Assembly: GCA_002794465.1 (NCBI GenBank)
Contig: MTSL01000208.1
Span: forward strand, 135,793 to 167,792
Length of the DNA stretch: 32,000 nucleotides
Origin: Paramicrosporidium saccamoebae KSL3
Lineage: Eukaryota; Fungi; Cryptomycota
Direction: 5' to 3'
Made by a program: the position numbers and the translations under genes. Shown piece by piece: positions 30,000-32,000 of this stretch (position 1 is the first letter of the stretch; each line of letters opens with the position of its first letter). The notes under the pieces are model-generated. The model was not told the origin of the DNA, did not search any database, and saw only the letters and a list, made by a program, of their open reading frames with translations.

Positions 30000-30869
30000 T
30001 CAGTCATGTTTTGGCCTCTTAGTGATATAGTCCTGCCGATGTTTTGCAGTGTACCGACGGTCAGGGTTTTGGGCGTAATCATCCTGGATCAGCCCGTAGA
30101 AGAAGGAAAAGATGTACAGCAAATCATCAAAAGCCTGTGTAGTCTGTCCATGCTGATGCTGGTGGAGCTCTTGGAAAAAATGATGCACTGCTTCAATGGT
30201 AGAGAGACAGTGCGGGCCAATCTGCTGATATCGCCAAAATAACGTCTTGTTAGACTCGTTCAGTTTTACTCTCCTCGTGAGGTGTTGCAAACAGGACGAC
30301 TTTACCATGGCCTTTGCTTGCTGCCAGGTGCCATCAATCACCACCAGTCGTTTAACGTCTCGCCAATCTATCTCGTCTACTCGTTGCGCAGTTTCGTCGG
30401 GAAAGAGCAAAACTGATTCATTGGGATCTAAGGCAGCCAAGCGGTCCATTGTTTCCTGTGTCTTTGGATCATAAGTTGTCAATGTGACGTCCTCCGGAGC
30501 GAGCAGTTTGGCGTGAACCGCAGTGCTCTTTCCCTCCAACTCTCTGGCATGTTTCACCACGAGCAACTCTAGCGGCAGACTGACTTGAGGAACCTCCAAC
30601 CCAGGAGCAAGTCGCACACACCGATAGCAGAAATATCGGACACTTTTTTTGCATCCTTCACAGACATGACGTTCCTCAACTGCTCGCAAAGGCGAATGAG
30701 AGGAGATGCGCAGAGAACTAAACGGCGATGATGAAAGAGTTGGGGACGATGACTCGGACAATGGAAATGACGGCTCGGATAATGGAGATGACGACTCGGA
30801 TAGTGATGGCGACTCGGATAATGGAAATGACGACTCGGGTAGTGACAATGACAAGGGAAACTCTTCCAT
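30000..30869 (-). CDS. DTWD1: DTW-domain tRNA-uridine aminocarboxypropyltransferase (DTWD1-like)
   Basis: CEGCKKSVRYFCYRC, KHARELEGKSTAVHAKLLAP, LVVIDGTWQQAK, LFWRYQ, LSTIEA and FDDLLYIF. Confidence 0.92.
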   Translation of the reverse strand: MEEFPLSLSLPESSFPLSESPSLSESSSPLSEPSFPLSESSSPTLSSSPFSSLRISSHSPLRAVEERHVCEGCKKSVRYFCYRCVRLAPGLEVPQVSLPLELLVVKHARELEGKSTAVHAKLLAPEDVTLTTYDPKTQETMDRLAALDPNESVLLFPDETAQRVDEIDWRDVKRLVVIDGTWQQAKAMVKSSCLQHLTRRVKLNESNKTLFWRYQQIGPHCLSTIEAVHHFFQELHQHQHGQTTQAFDDLLYIFSFFYGLIQDDYAQNPDRRYTAKHRQDYITKRPKHD

Positions 30870-30877
30870 GGCCCCGG

Positions 30878-31778
30878 ATGCTCCGGTGGGGTAGTCAAAC
30901 CCTTCCCAATGCCGCCTTGTTGAGGATGCAGCAACGTCTGGTCCTTATCTATGGAAAAAAACCACAAGCATTAGAGGTTCTGCAGAGTGCAATTGCGAGG
31001 AGGAGGAAATTCACTTTGCTGAAGGGCGATGCTTCCAAATTGCGGGATGAAATCGACTTGGTGGTGACGTATGGTGGAGATGGGACGTTTCTGCAGGCAG
31101 CCTCTCTCTTCCCCGAACGTGCACCAACATTCATGCCCATATCCGGGGGAAGTTTGGGATTCATGCTGCCATGGGAGCTGCGAAAGCTTAAATCGGCATT
31201 TCCCTCCATAGCCGATGGCACTATTGTGAACAGAATGCGTCTGAGCGTGTCCATCGAGGGCCACGCCAACATGACGGCACTAAATGAAGTCAACATTCAT
31301 CGAGGTGCATCTCCGAGCTTAACTCGGCTGGATTGCAGTATTAATGGCCAACTGCTTACCGAAGTGATTGCTGATGGGTACGGTCCATGATGCCGGAGCA
31401 TCACTTTGTAGGCTATTGTTGTCTACCCCAACGGGCTCAACTGCCTATTCATTGTCGGCTGGTGGACCTATCATCCATCCATCTGTAGAGGGAATGCTTC
31501 TAACGCCCATCTGTCCGCGTTCGTTGTCATTCCGGCCCGCCATCCTGCCGTCTTCCTCCGAGGTGTGTGTCACTGTCAATCCCTCAAGCCGCGCCGTGGC
31601 CCAAGTTTCTCTGGACGGACATTTGCCCATCGAGCTAACTCAGACGTCAAGAGTGACTATTCGACGCTCATCCCATCCCATCTCAGTGCTCTCTCCGGTC
31701 GATGTCACCCGGGAATGGATCCAGAGCATTAATGACCTACTTGAATATAATCGTCGCTTCAAGGAACGTCATGCGTAG
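30878..31778 (+). CDS. NAD(H) kinase, probably mitochondrial Pos5-like, 288 aa
   Basis: YGGDGTFL, GSLGF and ALNEV. [23 protein letters not shown] is restored by a 34-nt intron at 31378-31411. Presequence-like MLRWGSQTLPNAALLR start; alternative ATG at 30926. Confidence 0.92.
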
Positions 31779-31822
31779 AATCCATAAAAGGCAATTTATT
31801 ATGCATATATCCGGGATCCATT

Positions 31823-32000
31823 ATGGTTGGCGATGCATCGAGGCGGGTGCATGTGCTGCAGGACACACCGCAGCTGAGGGCAATGCTGACCATGATTCGC
31901 GACCAGAATACGTCGCGTTCCGACTTTGTGTTTTATTCGGACCGCATTATTCGCCTCCTTGTGGAGGAAGGTAGTCGACCCAAATGCTCATGACCATAGG
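31823..32000 (+). CDS. FUR1: Uracil phosphoribosyltransferase, 5' part; continues beyond the window
   Basis: VHVLQDTPQLRAMLTMIRDQNTSRSDFVFYSDRIIRLLVEEG; 29-nt intron at 31971-31999. Confidence 0.93.

Noticed and set aside
30728-30877. Met/Thr-rich N-terminal extension of the NAD kinase ORF
   Set aside because: Antisense reading of the DTWD1 N-terminal repeats; a presequence-like start follows at 30878.
1-32000. tRNA, rRNA, snRNA genes and transposons
   Set aside because: No cloverleaf with A/B boxes, no U1/U2/U4/U5/U6 signature, and no transposase, reverse transcriptase or terminal repeats seen by eye. A tRNAscan/Infernal run is needed to exclude them fully.

Overview
Gene-dense eukaryotic nuclear DNA from a fungus or fungal relative. 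About 22 protein genes are separated by gaps that are often under 100 bp, and about 25 spliceosomal introns are almost all 28-37 nt. The ORF track therefore fragments or misses many genes, and I rebuilt them by hand. In order: SEC24 (Sec24C/D-Sfb3 type, runs off the left edge), G3BP/Nxt3/Bre5-like, Pep12/Vam3-like syntaxin, an intronic C/D snoRNA (snR56/SNORD25 family) in an apparently non-coding host transcript, UTP7, MIC26/27-like, a bHLH-ZIP factor, SDH1, UBR1, U1-C, mitochondrial MetRS, a large PPR protein, MZM1/LYRM7, an NmrA-like protein, complex I subunit NDUFA1/MWFE, centrin, a coiled-coil protein that may be augmin HAUS5, SDE2, SRP40/Nopp140, one unknown ORF, ornithine decarboxylase antizyme with a +1 frameshift, DTWD1, an NAD(H) kinase and FUR1 (runs off the right edge). 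Compaction, tiny introns and retained respiratory complex I/II/III genes suggest a Paramicrosporidium-like member of Rozellomycota; this is inference, not a database result. Highlights: the antizyme recoding site with a candidate 3' structure and a repeat array right after its stop; the 114-nt snoRNA-hosting intron in a genome of roughly 31-nt introns; divergent gene pairs whose start codons are 8-55 nt apart; a shortened Sde2 ubiquitin-like domain; and a possible augmin subunit head-to-head with centrin. All family assignments come from remembered motifs; no searches were run.
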